From contig CAWCRS010000008.1 in NCBI GenBank assembly GCA_963798085.1, forward strand, positions 64,001 through 128,000: DNA of 64,000 nucleotides, given 5' to 3'. The notes under the pieces are model-generated. The model did no database searches. It was not told the origin of the DNA and was given only the letters and a program-made list of their open reading frames with translations. Shown in pieces: positions 30,309-41,779 of the stretch (positions are counted from its first letter, which is position 1; every line of letters begins with the position of its first letter). Source of the DNA: an uncultured Gemmatimonadales bacterium (GTDB lineage Bacteria; Gemmatimonadota; Gemmatimonadetes; Longimicrobiales; RSA9). A program made the translations under genes and the position numbers.

Positions 30309-31288
30309 CAGCGCTCCTCGGCGCGCGCGCGCAGCACGTTGTTGGAGAGCACGGCCAGCACCAGCAGCGCGCCCAGCACCACCTGGAACCAGTCGGCATC
30401 GATGCCGGTCATGACGATGCCCTGCTGCACCATGCCGAAGAGCAGCGCGCCGCAGAAGGCGCCGGGCACGGAGCCGTAGCCGCCGGAGAGCAGGGTGCCG
30501 CCCATGACGGCGGCGACGATGGCGCGGAACTCCTGGAACTCGCCGCGCAGCGCATCGGCGCCGTTGAAGCGCACCGCCTGCAGCAGCGCCACGAGCGCGG
30601 CCGCCACGGCCGTGGTCACGAAGAGACCGATCTTCACGCGCGCCACGGGCACGCCGCTGTTGCGCGCCGCCTGGGGCGCACCGCCGCAGGCCAGGATCCA
30701 GTTGCCGGAGCGGGTACGCAGCAGGACCCATGTGGCGATCGCGCTGAGTGCGATCCACCAGAAGATGGCGACGTCGAAGTGGGGCAGCGGCTGGCTGGCG
30801 AGCAGCAGCTGCGCCAGCGGGAAGCGGCGGGCGGCGTCCAGGCCGCCCAGCTGCGTGCGTCCGGTGAGCGCGCGGCTCACGCCAATGGTGGCGCCGCGCA
30901 GGATGAAGAGCGTGCCCAGCGTGATGATGAAGGAGGGCAGTCCGGTGCGTACCACGAGCCAGCCGTTGGCGAAACCCACCGCACCCGCAAACAGCAACGT
31001 TAGCAGCAGAGCGAGCCAGAGGGGCAGTCCCAGGTGGGTGACCAGCAGGAGCAGCAGCATGCCGCTGGCGCCCACAATCGAGCCCACCGAGAGATCGAAC
31101 TCGCCGCCCATCATGAGCAGCGCCACGGCGATGGTGAGAATGCCGAGCGGCGCGGCCGCGTTGAGGTACGCCGCGGCGCCGGCCTCGCCGCGGAAGGGCG
31201 CACCGGCGGCGATCGCGAAGATGCACCAGACGAGCAGCAGTCCCGCGACCGCGCCCGCCTCCGGATGACGCAGTGCGCGGCGGATCAC
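30308..31288 (-). CDS. Sugar ABC transporter permease (RbsC-like)
   Basis: [31 protein letters not shown]. Confidence 0.93.
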   Translation of the reverse strand: MIRRALRHPEAGAVAGLLLVWCIFAIAAGAPFRGEAGAAAYLNAAAPLGILTIAVALLMMGGEFDLSVGSIVGASGMLLLLLVTHLGLPLWLALLLTLLFAGAVGFANGWLVVRTGLPSFIITLGTLFILRGATIGVSRALTGRTQLGGLDAARRFPLAQLLLASQPLPHFDVAIFWWIALSAIATWVLLRTRSGNWILACGGAPQAARNSGVPVARVKIGLFVTTAVAAALVALLQAVRFNGADALRGEFQEFRAIVAAVMGGTLLSGGYGSVPGAFCGALLFGMVQQGIVMTGIDADWFQVVLGALLVLAVLSNNVLRARAEER

Positions 31289-32295
31289 CGGATGCCGCGC
31301 GCGGCGAGATCGATGACGGCGGCGGCGTTGTCGCGGGTGACGAAGCCGGGCCCGGTCGCGATCACACGCCCGCCGCCCGGCATGGTGCCGGTCTCGAGAT
31401 AATTCACGAGCAGCACCACGGGCAGGTAACCCTGGAGGTACTGCTGCTGATCGATGGCGAAGCGCACGCGGCCGTCACGCACCGCTTCCAGCACGCGCGG
31501 TGTCAGGTCGAACGTGGCGTATGCGACGCGGTCCGCGTGCCCGCTCTGTTCCAGCGCGGCGAGCGTGGGGTCGGCGGCTGCCGGACCGAGCGTCAGCAGG
31601 CCATCGAGCGTGGCATCGGCCGCGAGCGCGCCGGCAACGCGCTGTTGCGTGTCCGCGGGATCGGCCAGGTCGACGGCAAGGACGCGCATCGTCGCGCCCG
31701 CCCTGGCGAGCGCATCGTGAAAGCCGGCGCAGCGCCGGTCGAGCGCGGCGTTACCCACTTCATGATTGATGCAGAGGGCATGCTTCACGCCGCCGCCGGC
31801 CATGCGCTCGCCGGCGCCGAAGCCGGCCTCGTACTCGGTCTGGCCCACGTGTGCGAGCGCGCCCAGGGCGTGAGACGCATCGTCGCCTGAATTGATGGAG
31901 ATCACCGGAATGCCGGTGCTCACCGCCGCGCGCACGGCGGGACCGAGTGCATCGGCATCGGGAATCGAGACCACGAGTCCGGATGGTTTCGAGGCGACGG
32001 CCGCTTCGATGATGTGACTCATCTCGACCATGTCGAAATGCGCGGGCGCCTGGTACTCGACGCGCACGCCCAGGTCCTTCGCCGCTGCGCGGGCACCGTT
32101 GGAGACCACGGACCAGAACGGATCCGCGGACTGACCGTGGGTGACGAACACGATGCGCACACCGGCGCGGCCACCCGCTGCAGCCGAGTCCGGGCTGCGC
32201 TGCGCGCCCCGGTCGGGGGATGCACACGCCGCCACGACCACCAGCGCGGCCGCGCAAGTCGTGACCGTTCCTGAACTGGTCCGGTTCCTGCCCAT
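31285..32295 (-). CDS. Sugar ABC transporter substrate-binding lipoprotein (inositol/ribose type)
   Basis: VAAC lipobox; [37 protein letters not shown]. Confidence 0.9.
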   Translation of the reverse strand: MGRNRTSSGTVTTCAAALVVVAACASPDRGAQRSPDSAAAGGRAGVRIVFVTHGQSADPFWSVVSNGARAAAKDLGVRVEYQAPAHFDMVEMSHIIEAAVASKPSGLVVSIPDADALGPAVRAAVSTGIPVISINSGDDASHALGALAHVGQTEYEAGFGAGERMAGGGVKHALCINHEVGNAALDRRCAGFHDALARAGATMRVLAVDLADPADTQQRVAGALAADATLDGLLTLGPAAADPTLAALEQSGHADRVAYATFDLTPRVLEAVRDGRVRFAIDQQQYLQGYLPVVLLVNYLETGTMPGGGRVIATGPGFVTRDNAAAVIDLAARGIR

Positions 32296-32425
32296 GGGCG
32301 ACGAAGCTACGCGGCGTGCCGGCCCGGTTCAATCGAACGGCCGGTTCGCGTGTGTGGCGGTGCCTGCTATACTTTGGGCCACGCTGCCGTACGGCGCCCC
32401 ATTTCGCTTCGCTGCCGGGATCTGC

Positions 32426-34306
32426 ATGACGCACATCGCGAACGCATCCCCTGCCCTGATCTTCGCCCTGGCGCTGGCCATCGGCATGCTGGCACAGGTG
32501 GTGGCTCGCCACGTCCAGATTCCGGGCATCGTGCTGCTGCTGGCGGCCGGGGTGGTGTTCGGTCCCGATGTGCTGAACATGGTCCGGCCGCAGGAGCTGG
32601 GCAGCGCCGTGCAGACGATTGTCGGCATTGCCGTGGCCATCATTCTGTTCGAAGGCGGCCTGCACCTCGACGTGCGACGGCTGCGCGCGGAAGCGAAAGT
32701 CATCCGCCGGCTGGTGACGGTGGGCGGCATCATCACGGCGCTGGGCGGCACCCTCGCGGCACGCTACATCATGCACTGGGACTGGCGCCTCTCGCTGCTC
32801 TTCGGCACGCTGGTCATCGTCACGGGCCCCACCGTGGTGACGCCGCTGATCCGGCGCCTGCGGGTGCAACCGCCGGTGAGCACGATCCTGGAAGCCGAGG
32901 GCGTGCTGATCGATCCCATCGGTGCGATCATCGCGGTGGTCGCGCTGGAATTCCTCTACGCCACGAACGCCAACGCCACGTTGCTGGCCAGGCCCGCGGC
33001 TGTGCTGGCGGGCGGAGCGGCCTTCGGACTGATCGGCGGCATCGTGATCGCCCTGCTGCTGCGGCCGCGGCGGCTGGTGCCCGAGGGTCTCGAGAATGTG
33101 CTCGTGCTCTCACTCGTCGTGGCGCTCTTCGAGCTGAGCGAAGGGCTGCTTGCGGAGAGCGGACTGGCCGCCGTGGTGGCCGCCGGACTCACGGTTGGCA
33201 ACCTGCGCACACGCGTGGGGCAGGGTCTGCTCGAGTTCAAGGAACAGGTGACCGTGCTCATGATCGGTCTGCTGTTCGTGCTGCTGGCATCCGACGTCCG
33301 GCTGGCCGAGGTGCGTGCGCTGGGCTGGCCCGCGCTCGCCACCGTGGCTGCACTCATGCTGGTCGTGCGGCCCATCGAGGCGTACCTGTGCACGGCGGGT
33401 GCGCATCTCAGCTGGCGCGAGCGCACCTTCATCGCGCTGCTCGCGCCGCGCGGCATTGTGGCCGCCGCCATTGCTTCTCTGTTCGCCGAGACCATCACCG
33501 CACGGGGCCTGCCCGGCGGCGCCGAACTGCGCGCGCTCATGTTCATCGTGATCGCGGTGTCCGTCACGGTGCACGGTCTGACGGGTGGCTTCATTGCGCG
33601 CGCGCTGCGCGTGTACCGTCCATCGGAGCAGGGTTACGTGATCCTGGGCGCGAACGGACTCTCGCTCGCGCTGGCGAGGCTGCTGCGCGAGGACCAGCCG
33701 GAGATCGTGTTCATCGACTCCAACCCGGACCACGTGATGCGGGCGCAGCGGCAGGGCTTTCAGGCGCTCTACGGGCAGGGTCTGCTGGCCAGCGTGCTCT
33801 CGAGTGTCGACCTGGATACCAAGCTCGGGTGCATTGCACTCACGCCCAACGAAGAAGTGAATCTGCTCTGGGCCACGCGCGTGCGGGCGGAAACACACGC
33901 GCCACGCACGTGGGTGGCGCTGCGCGCGGATGCGCGCAGTCTGCCCACCGAGCAGGCGCACGATGTGGGGGCGGTCGTGCTCTTCGGCCGGGGCCAGCCC
34001 GTCGATTTGTGGTCGAACCGGTTGCAGAACGGGGAGGCGGCGGTGGAGCGCTGGCGGCACGAACGCTCGCCTGCGACACTGGCCGGGCCGGAGGCCAGCG
34101 GCGCTCAGCCGGTGGCAACCGATGCGCTGATCCTGCTCACGGTGCGGCGCTCCGGCCGGGTGCGCCCGTTCGACGACGAAACGTCGCCACGTGAACGCGA
34201 TGAGGCGGATGTCGCGATCTTCCTAACGCGGCGTCAGGAAGCGGAGTCCTGGCTGCGCGAGCGCAACTGGGCACCGGTGGAAGCGGAAGAGGCGGCGCTG
34301 CTCTGA
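32426..34306 (+). CDS. CPA1 cation:proton antiporter with TrkA-N-like domain
   Basis: ILFEGG, VTGPTVV, EGVLIDPIG, APRGIVAAA; C-terminal ILGAN..FIDSN. Confidence 0.9.
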   Translation: MTHIANASPALIFALALAIGMLAQVVARHVQIPGIVLLLAAGVVFGPDVLNMVRPQELGSAVQTIVGIAVAIILFEGGLHLDVRRLRAEAKVIRRLVTVGGIITALGGTLAARYIMHWDWRLSLLFGTLVIVTGPTVVTPLIRRLRVQPPVSTILEAEGVLIDPIGAIIAVVALEFLYATNANATLLARPAAVLAGGAAFGLIGGIVIALLLRPRRLVPEGLENVLVLSLVVALFELSEGLLAESGLAAVVAAGLTVGNLRTRVGQGLLEFKEQVTVLMIGLLFVLLASDVRLAEVRALGWPALATVAALMLVVRPIEAYLCTAGAHLSWRERTFIALLAPRGIVAAAIASLFAETITARGLPGGAELRALMFIVIAVSVTVHGLTGGFIARALRVYRPSEQGYVILGANGLSLALARLLREDQPEIVFIDSNPDHVMRAQRQGFQALYGQGLLASVLSSVDLDTKLGCIALTPNEEVNLLWATRVRAETHAPRTWVALRADARSLPTEQAHDVGAVVLFGRGQPVDLWSNRLQNGEAAVERWRHERSPATLAGPEASGAQPVATDALILLTVRRSGRVRPFDDETSPRERDEADVAIFLTRRQEAESWLRERNWAPVEAEEAALL

Positions 34307-34343
34307 AGAGCGGAAGCCATGTCGTCGCCTGAATCCGTACCCC

Positions 34344-35222
34344 TCAACGCTGCGCTGCCAGCCGCCTTGCGCGCTCGAGCAGCTGCGTGTCCCCCAGCTC
34401 TGCCGCGAATTTCGCGAAATCCGCGCGCGGCCCCCGCCAGCGCAGCGTGTCCACGTCGGTGCTGACCGGTGCGTCCTCACGCAGCGTGGCGAGTGTGCGG
34501 AACAGCAGCACCGTCTCGCGCTGCTCGTTGAGCGTGGCCGCCAGCCGCAGTGCGCCACGCACATTCACATCCCAGTCGAGCGCCAGCTGCGGGATCTGCT
34601 CGATGTGGTGCCAGCGCGCGAGCACGGTGGCGGCAGAGCGCGGGCCCCAGCCGCTCAGCCCCGGATAGCCGTCGGCACTGTCACCCACGAGCGCGAGATA
34701 GTCGGTGATCGATGCCGGCAGCACGCCGAACTTCGCCTGCACACCGGCCTCATCACGCAGCTCATTGATGCGACGATCCAGCTGCACGACGCGGCCGTCG
34801 CGCACACACTGCGCAAGATCCTTGTCCGGGGTGCAGATCACGACCTGCTCGACGCGTTCATCGCGCGCCGCCATGGCCGCGCCCGCCGCGAGTGCGTCGT
34901 CCGCCTCGAACTCGACCATGGGCCACACCACGAGACCCAGTGCCGCCAGCGTCTCCTCGAGCGGAAGGAACTGGCCGTACAGCAGCGGATCGATGCCCTC
35001 GCCCGTCTTGTAGCCCGGCCAGAGCGCGTTGCGGAACGACTCGATCACGTGATCCGTGGCCACGGCGAGGTGCGTGGCGCCGCCCTCAATCATGCCCAGG
35101 ATCGTGGCGACGACGCCGCGCACCGCCCGTCGCGACTCGGGAATCGTCGGGTCGACATTGGCCGCCGGCGAATAGAAGTGGCGGAACAGCTCGAACGTGC
35201 CATTGATCAGGTGAACGCGCAT
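34344..35222 (-). CDS. 5'-3' exonuclease / flap endonuclease
   Basis: SFRN..YK, FEADD, DKDL, ALVGDSADGYPGLSGWG (H3TH). Confidence 0.92.
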   Translation of the reverse strand: MRVHLINGTFELFRHFYSPAANVDPTIPESRRAVRGVVATILGMIEGGATHLAVATDHVIESFRNALWPGYKTGEGIDPLLYGQFLPLEETLAALGLVVWPMVEFEADDALAAGAAMAARDERVEQVVICTPDKDLAQCVRDGRVVQLDRRINELRDEAGVQAKFGVLPASITDYLALVGDSADGYPGLSGWGPRSAATVLARWHHIEQIPQLALDWDVNVRGALRLAATLNEQRETVLLFRTLATLREDAPVSTDVDTLRWRGPRADFAKFAAELGDTQLLERARRLAAQR

Positions 35223-35250
35223 GGCGGGAATACTGCTGGAAGAGCGACGA

Positions 35251-35499
35251 CGTTGCTAGGGCTGGTCGCTCGTGCTGGTGCTGGGAACGGATTGTACTGA
35301 TAGAACTGCGTTGCTTGGGCTGGTCGCCTGGGCTGGATGCTGGGGAACAACGTGTAGGCATTGAACTGCGTTGCTGGGGCTGGTTGCCTGGGCTGGATGC
35401 TGGGGAACAGCGTGTAGGCATTGAACTGCGGTGCTGGCGCGGGTTGCTGCGGCGGGATGCTGCGGAACAGCGTGCATGGATCGAACGCGGTGCTGGCGC
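35251..35499 (+). repeat. 60-bp tandem repeat (3 full, 2 partial units) built from REP-like family A
   Basis: Units start at 35303, 35363, 35423, 35483; units 1 and 2 differ at 3 of 60 positions. Confidence 0.9.
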
Positions 35500-36008
35500 C
35501 GGAGGCTCAGGAAGGGACGGGGGGCGATGTGCGTTCGGTTGGGCGGATCTCGCGCTGCGTGGAGAGCAGTGGCCTGGTGCGAGCTCTCGCCGTTCTGAGG
35601 TGTACAGCGATGAGTCCGCGTGGCGCAGGTCGGTGCGGTGTATTGCGTTGGGTGGCGAATGGCAGTTGCGCGAGGGCGCGGGTGTGCGACTTTCTCGCTT
35701 GTGTGCGATTCACAAGCAACTAACACGGCTGCAGCATGTCGAATGCCGCACCGCGCGAACGCGTGAGTCGGGGCGATGCCATTCTGGTGCGCAGCGGAAC
35801 TGCTGGCACCAGGATATCTGCCCGAGCAACGAGCTCGGCCAACAGCGCGAGCAACGGATTCGATCTGTCCCGAGCCCGAGCCCCGGACCCGTATTCGGGA
35901 ATTCTGTTGCCGCAACGCCTCACCAATTACTTTTGTCGTAGTCGGTGCCCCGGGACCGCGGCCCCTGTTCGGACCGCACGCCTCTACCCAATGAAGCAGG
36001 GGGATCAC

Positions 36009-36413
36009 ATGAAACCTCGTTCGCTGGTCCTGTTTGCGTTGTTTGCTGTGCTTGGCTGCGCCAGCGGTGGCGGGAGCAGCTCGACACAGACTGGCAGTTC
36101 CACGCCCCGGCAGCAGCGCACGACGCGCGATGTGATTGCGCAGGCGGAGATCGAGCGCACGGAAGTGAGCAATGCGCTGGATCTCATTCAGCGGTTGCGG
36201 CCGGAGTTTCTGCGGCCGCGTGGTGCGGGCGGGGTGCAATCGGTGCCGGTGGCGATCTACGTCGACGGCATCAAGCAGAGCAGCGCTTCCGTCCTCTCCT
36301 CGGTTCCCAAGAACCTGGTCGTGGAAATTCGCTTCATCAACGCGACGGATGCCACGACGCGCTTTGGCTCGGATCATGGCAATGGCGCGGTCCTCGTCAC
36401 CACGCGGCACTGA
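36009..36413 (+). CDS. Small lipoprotein with stand-alone TonB-plug-like domain
   Basis: VLGC lipobox; DVIAQAEI..NALDLIQRLRP..IYVDG..EIRFI..RFG..GAVLVTT. Confidence 0.8.
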   Translation: MKPRSLVLFALFAVLGCASGGGSSSTQTGSSTPRQQRTTRDVIAQAEIERTEVSNALDLIQRLRPEFLRPRGAGGVQSVPVAIYVDGIKQSSASVLSSVPKNLVVEIRFINATDATTRFGSDHGNGAVLVTTRH

Positions 36414-36416
36414 CGC

Positions 36417-37798
36417 ATGACGGCTGCGGCGTCACGCGGTGCGGGAGCGGAGCACAGACTCGCGGACGCCGACGTCGTCATCATCGGTTCAGGTCCGGGT
36501 GGTTCGACACTGGCGCGCGAGCTGGCGCGCGCGGGCCGGCGGGTCGTGCTGCTGGAGCGTGGCCGCGACTGGCGAGGTCATCCGCTCTACGGCACGTACG
36601 CGGGTGCGCTGCTCTACGCGGACCGTCGTGCGCTGCTGTTCACACGCGAGGGCCTGAACATCATTCGCCCGCTCATGCTGGGCGGCGCGACCAGCATGTA
36701 CTGCGGCTGCTCGTCGCCGCCACCCGCATGGTGGCGCGAGCGTCATGGGCATCGACCTCGACGACGGACGCGGCGCGGACTGTCGCCGAGCTGGGCGATC
36801 GCGCCACTGCCGGCGGAACTGCGCGGTGCAGCGTCGACGCGTCTGGCGGAAGCGGGGATGGCGCTGGGCATGCCGTGGATGCCGCAGGAGAAGTTCATTT
36901 TTCCCGCGCGCGCCGCACTTCGCATGTGGTGCGCAGTGCATGCTGGGCTGCCGCTGCGGTGCCAAGTGGAATGCGGCGGAGTTCGCGGACCAGGCCGTCA
37001 GCGGCGGGGTGCCGCGTGATCCCGCGGGCGCGCGTAGAGCGCATGCTGATTGAAGGATGGTGCGCGGCGGGCGTTGCGGGCCGATGCGGGCGGGTGCCGT
37101 TCAGCTGCGGGCGGACACGGTGATCTGCGCGGCCGGCGGTATCGGGCAGCGCGCGACTGCTGAGTCGCAGTGGTTTCGAAGGCGCAGGGCAGGGCATGGC
37201 CATGGACACCACGGCCATGGTGTACGGCCTTGCGCCGTTCCGCGGCAACGGCACGGATCCGCCCATGACATGGAGCGCGGCCGACGATGAGCTGGGTGTG
37301 CTCTACTCGACGCTGATCGATCCCTGGCTCATGTACCCGATCATCACTGATGACGCAAGGGGCCAGCGTATTCACTCACGTGGCACCGCTGGGGCCGGAC
37401 ATCGGGCATCATGATCAAGCTCAAGGACGAGATCAGCGGCTGATCGATGAACGCGCGGCATCAGCAAGGGACTGACCGTTCGCGGACGCGGAGCGCCTGA
37501 CGCGGGCGGAGGAGGCGGCGCGCCGGATCCTTCTGCCGCGCCGGCTGCGCTCCCTAACACCATATTCAGGACCCCACTTCGTGGTACACACCCTTCCGCG
37601 ACCGTACGCATCGGTGAACTGGTGAACAGCGAGCTGGAGACCGGCGTGCGCAGCCTTTACGTGTGCGACGCCAGCGTGTTCCCCGAGGCGCTGGCGCGGC
37701 CGACGGTGCTCACCATCATGGCGCTCGCCCGCCGGCTGGCGCGCTCACTCGCAACCGCGGCGGGTGCGGGTGCATCCAAGGGAGTGCACACGACGTAG
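36417..37798 (+). pseudogene. GMC oxidoreductase with multiple frameshifts (pseudogene or low-quality sequence)
   Basis: DVVIIGSGPGG..LLERG; FACGAQCMLGC in another frame; C-terminal GTHPSATVRIG..YVCDASVFPEALARPTVLTIMALA ending at TAG 37798. Confidence 0.8.
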
Positions 37799-38201
37799 CT
37801 TGGGGGACCTGCCGGAATGAACCGGGCGCACCGGCCGGTTCGCCCGCGCGGGTTGATCGCCGACGTCAAGAGCGGCGTAATGGTCCGGCCGGAGCGCCAG
37901 CCGCCGAGGGCAATGCAGCGCCTTGCAATTGCAAGGCTTCGGCAGCGCGTCCCGCCGCGGCAGCGCCGTCCTTGCTGTCGGTCAAGGATGCCACGGTCCA
38001 CTGGCCGTGGTCCTCGCCGCTCCCTATTCCGCAAATGTACTGTTTGGTGTTCAGGCCAGGCGTGGCACCTGTTCCGATCGTTGCGGTGCTACGGTGCGGG
38101 GAAACCGGCCGGTCTGCCGGCCGCAGCCGTCTCATGCTGGAACGGGCGCGGTGGTTCTGCCCATCGGGCGTGCGCTCGCAATGCACCCAAGCGGGGGAAT
38201 C

Positions 38202-40626
38202 ATGCTGCCTCTCGACGTGCGTTATGCGCTTCGCCTGCTGCGCAAGCGGCCCCTCTTCTCCTTCGCCGTCGTGCTCACGATCGCGCTGGGCATTGCATCC
38301 AGCACGGCGATCTTCAGTCTCGTGGACGGCGTGCTGCTGCGGCCGCTGCCCTATCGTGATCCCGGCAGCCTGGTCTTCGTGTGGGAGCGCGACTTCCCGC
38401 GCGACCGCGATCGCAATGTGGTGTCCCCGGCGAACTACCTGACGTGGCGCGAGCAGCAGGGACTGTTCACGGGTATCGCCGCACTGGCAGGAACGAGCGG
38501 CACCATCACCGGGCAATGGCGACCCCGAGCGGGTCGGTGTGGTGCTCGCCTCGCCGGCGTTCTTCCAGCTGGTGGGCGTGCAGACTGTGACCGGGCGCGC
38601 CTACGCAGAAGCGGAGGACGCCGCCGGTGTGGCGCCGACGGCCATGCTGAGCTGGGAATTCTGGCAGCGGCGTTTCGGCGGCGATCCTGCCATCGTCGGC
38701 AGCACCATCACGCTCAATGACCGGTCGCGCACCATTGTGGGTGTGCTGCCGCGCGGCTTCCACTTCACGCTGTCCTTCGTGGTGGGCAGCACGCTGGCGC
38801 AGGATGTGTGGATTCCGCCGCAGTTCAGTCCCGCGGCGCGCACCGCGAGCGGCCGCTACCTGCAGGTGCTGGCGCGGCTGGCACCGGGCGTCTCGCGGGA
38901 TGCCGCGCAACTGCGCATGGCGGCGCTGGCGAAGCAGCTGGAGCAGCAGTTCCCCAGTCGGCAGGCGGGCTGGGGCGTCAACATCGTGCCCCTGCAGGAG
39001 CAGACCGTAGGCGATGTGCGGCGCGCGCTCCTCATCATTTTCGGCGCGGTGGGCTTCGTGCTGCTCATTGCCTGCGCCAATGTTGCTAACCTGCTGCTAT
39101 CGCGCGCGGCGGAGCGGCATCAGGAGGTGGCGGTGCGGGCGGCGCTGGGCGCGGGCCGCGGGCGAATTGCCCTGCAGCTCATGACAGAGAGCCTGGTGCT
39201 GGCGGCGACGGGCGGGCTGCTGGGCGTGGGTCTGGCCGCCTGGGCGGTGCGCGTGCTCAAGCTCATGGGTCCATCGATTCCTCGGCTGGACACGGTGAGT
39301 CTGAACAGCGGCGTACTGGCGTTCGCCGCGGTGACCACACTGCTGGCGGGCGCGCTGTTCGGCATGGCGCCCGTCCTGCACGTGATACGCTCGGATCTGG
39401 CAGGCTGGCTGAAAGGCCGACTGGGAATGGGCGGCTCGCGGGAATCGCGGCGCACCCGCAGCGCGCTGGTGGTGGCGGAGATCGCGCTTTCGCTGGTGCT
39501 GCTGATCGGCGCGGGTCTGCTCATTCGCAGCCTGCTGCGCCTGATCGATACGGGCGTGGGCTTCGACACGGGACACCTGCTGACGGCGCAGATCGAGCTG
39601 CCGTCCGCGCGCTACCCGCAGGATGCCGATCATGTGCGGTTCTTCGACGACCTGATCACTCGGGTGCGTGCGCAGCCGGGCGTGCAGTCGGCGAGCGCCA
39701 TCACATTTGCGCCGCTCGGGGGGTCGGGTTCGGCGACCAGTTTCTGGGCGAACGACCGCGCCATCCCGGAGCCGGGGCGGTTCCCCGTGGCGGACGTACG
39801 CTGGGTGCACCGTGACTATCATCGTGTTATGGGCATTCCCCTGGTGACCGGGCGCTACTTCGATGCGAGCGATCGCGCCGGCACACCCTACCACATTCTG
39901 GTGAGTCAGGCGACCGTGGCGGAGCTGTGGCCGGGGCAGAATCCGCTGGGCAAGATCATCTCCATGCCGTGGGGCGATACGCTGGTGGCGGAAGTCGTGG
40001 GTGTGGTGCAGGACGTGCGCACGGAAGGGCCGGCCACCGCGCCACGCTCCATGCTCTACTGGAACTACGAGCAGTTCCAGTCATTTCCCTTCATGACCGT
40101 GCTGGTGCGCACCGCAGGCGACCCGCTGGCGTTCACGTCCACGCTGCGCAGTGCCGTGCACGCGATCGACCCGCAACTGCCGGTCTTCGACGTGAAGACA
40201 ATGGACGCACGCTTCTCCGATGCGCTCACACGCGCACGCTTCGGGGCATCGGCACTGGCCTCTTTCGCCGTGATCGCGCTGCTGCTGGCGTGCGTGGGCA
40301 TCTACGGCGTGATGTCCTACATCACGGGGCAGCGCACGCAGGAGTTCGGGGTGCGCATGGCCATGGGCGCGACGACGCGGGAGGTGGTGGGCCTGGTGCT
40401 GGGCGAGGGCGCGCGGCTGGTGGCGCTGGCGCTGGGAATCGGAATGGCGGCCGCGCTGCTGCTGGCGCGGTTGCTTCGTACCCTGGTGTTCGAGGTGGGG
40501 ACAACCGATCCGGTGACGTTCGGCATCATGAGCGCGTTGCTGGCGGTGACCGCGCTGGCCGCGTGCTGGCTGCCGGCGCGCCGGGCCGCGCGCGTGGACC
40601 CGGTCCGGGCGATGCGCATGGACTGA
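38202..40626 (+). CDS. ADOP/MacB-like duplicated ABC permease; frameshift near 38512
   Basis: DVRYALRLLRKRP..LLRPLPY; LLIACANVANLLL; RTQEFGVRMAMGA; PARRAARVDP. Confidence 0.92.
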
Positions 40627-41680
40627 CGGACCGTCTTGGCGTTCTTGGCTTTGGCGCAAGTCGCTATGGGTGCGCCCGGATCACGCACGCAGATTGTGCG
40701 CCATGTCACGGCAGAAGCGCTTCTACCTCGCAGGCGCGTCGTTCCACGTGACGGCGCGCACGTTGAACCACGAACCGTGGTTCGACGAGACGCTGCGCGA
40801 TCGCGTGGTAGCCATCCTTGCGGAGTGCTTCTCACGCTCCGACGCAAAACTGATCGCGTACGTCGTCATGCCGAACCATTTTCACCTGGTCGTGCGCCAG
40901 CAGAGGCTTCCGCTGGGTCACATCATGCAGCGCGTGTGTCGCAGTGTTGCGCTGGCTGTGAACCACGCGCGCGAGCGCGAGGGATATGTCTTCGAGCGGC
41001 GTTATCGGGCCAAAGCCTGTCTGGACCCGGACTATCTGCGCGACGCTATCAGCTACGTTCACCTGAATCCCAGACGAGCCGGTCTCTGCACGGAGCTGCA
41101 CCAGTACCAATGGAGTTCGCATCCCGAGTATGCACAGTGCGCCCCTAACAGGCTCTCAGCCCTTGTCCGGCCGCATCTCACCACGGCGCTGGAGCTGTAC
41201 TCACCGCGCGGTCCCCTGGATGCGTCGCGCCAGATTCTGGCCTATCTGGCCTACCTGGCATGGCAGGAAAGTCGCCACCAGGAATCCGATGACAGGCCAC
41301 CGCCGCCGCGCCCGCGGTGTGCGTACGGCGATCACTACTGGAGGACGAACTTCACCACGCTCACGCTCCCGCTGAATCCCAAGCCCGATCTGCGCGACAT
41401 CGTGTTGCGTGTTCTCCAGGAAGAAACGCCTGGCGTGAACCTGAACATTCTGCGTTTGCGACGAGGCGGAACAGCGATGGTTCGAGTCCGCCACCGAGCC
41501 ATCGAGCGCGCATATCTCGCAGGCTATCGCGGTGTCGATGTTGCGCGCTTTCTCAACATATCCGAGACCACGGTCTCGAAGGTGTGCACGAGCCTCGTTG
41601 CCAGCGGGGTCAATGCCCTGGCGGGTCGCGAGCCCGGCATGGGAGGATGGCGCACAACCCAAGAACGCCAAGACGGTCCG
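40627..41680. mobile_element. Y1-transposase unit bounded by a perfect 22-bp inverted repeat
   Basis: CGGACCGTCTTGGCGTTCTTGG (40627-40648) is the exact reverse complement of 41659-41680. Confidence 0.75.
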
Positions 41681-41719
41681 AAGCTGCAACCCTTCGCCCA
41701 ACCCCTCCGTATGGTCTGA
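40703..41719 (+). CDS. RAYT-like / IS200-family HUH (Y1) transposase with C-terminal HTH
   Basis: MSRQKR..G..FHVTAR, AYVVMPNHFHL (HUH), GYVFERRY, YVHLNP, YQWSS; C-terminal DVARFLNISETTVSK. Confidence 0.88.
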   Translation: MSRQKRFYLAGASFHVTARTLNHEPWFDETLRDRVVAILAECFSRSDAKLIAYVVMPNHFHLVVRQQRLPLGHIMQRVCRSVALAVNHAREREGYVFERRYRAKACLDPDYLRDAISYVHLNPRRAGLCTELHQYQWSSHPEYAQCAPNRLSALVRPHLTTALELYSPRGPLDASRQILAYLAYLAWQESRHQESDDRPPPPRPRCAYGDHYWRTNFTTLTLPLNPKPDLRDIVLRVLQEETPGVNLNILRLRRGGTAMVRVRHRAIERAYLAGYRGVDVARFLNISETTVSKVCTSLVASGVNALAGREPGMGGWRTTQERQDGPKLQPFAQPLRMV

Positions 41720-41779
41720 CTGCTCGCGGGAACGCTCGCCCGCCGACACACGGGTTGGTCACACTGCACGGGAGGACCG

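Noticed and set aside
35251..35499. Possible CRISPR array
   Set aside because: Whole 60-bp units are repeated with no unique spacers, and no cas genes are in the window
38060..38185. Sigma-54 promoter upstream of the first ADOP permease
   Set aside because: TGGCAC is not followed by TTGC at the correct spacing; other GG-N10-GC matches are too weak
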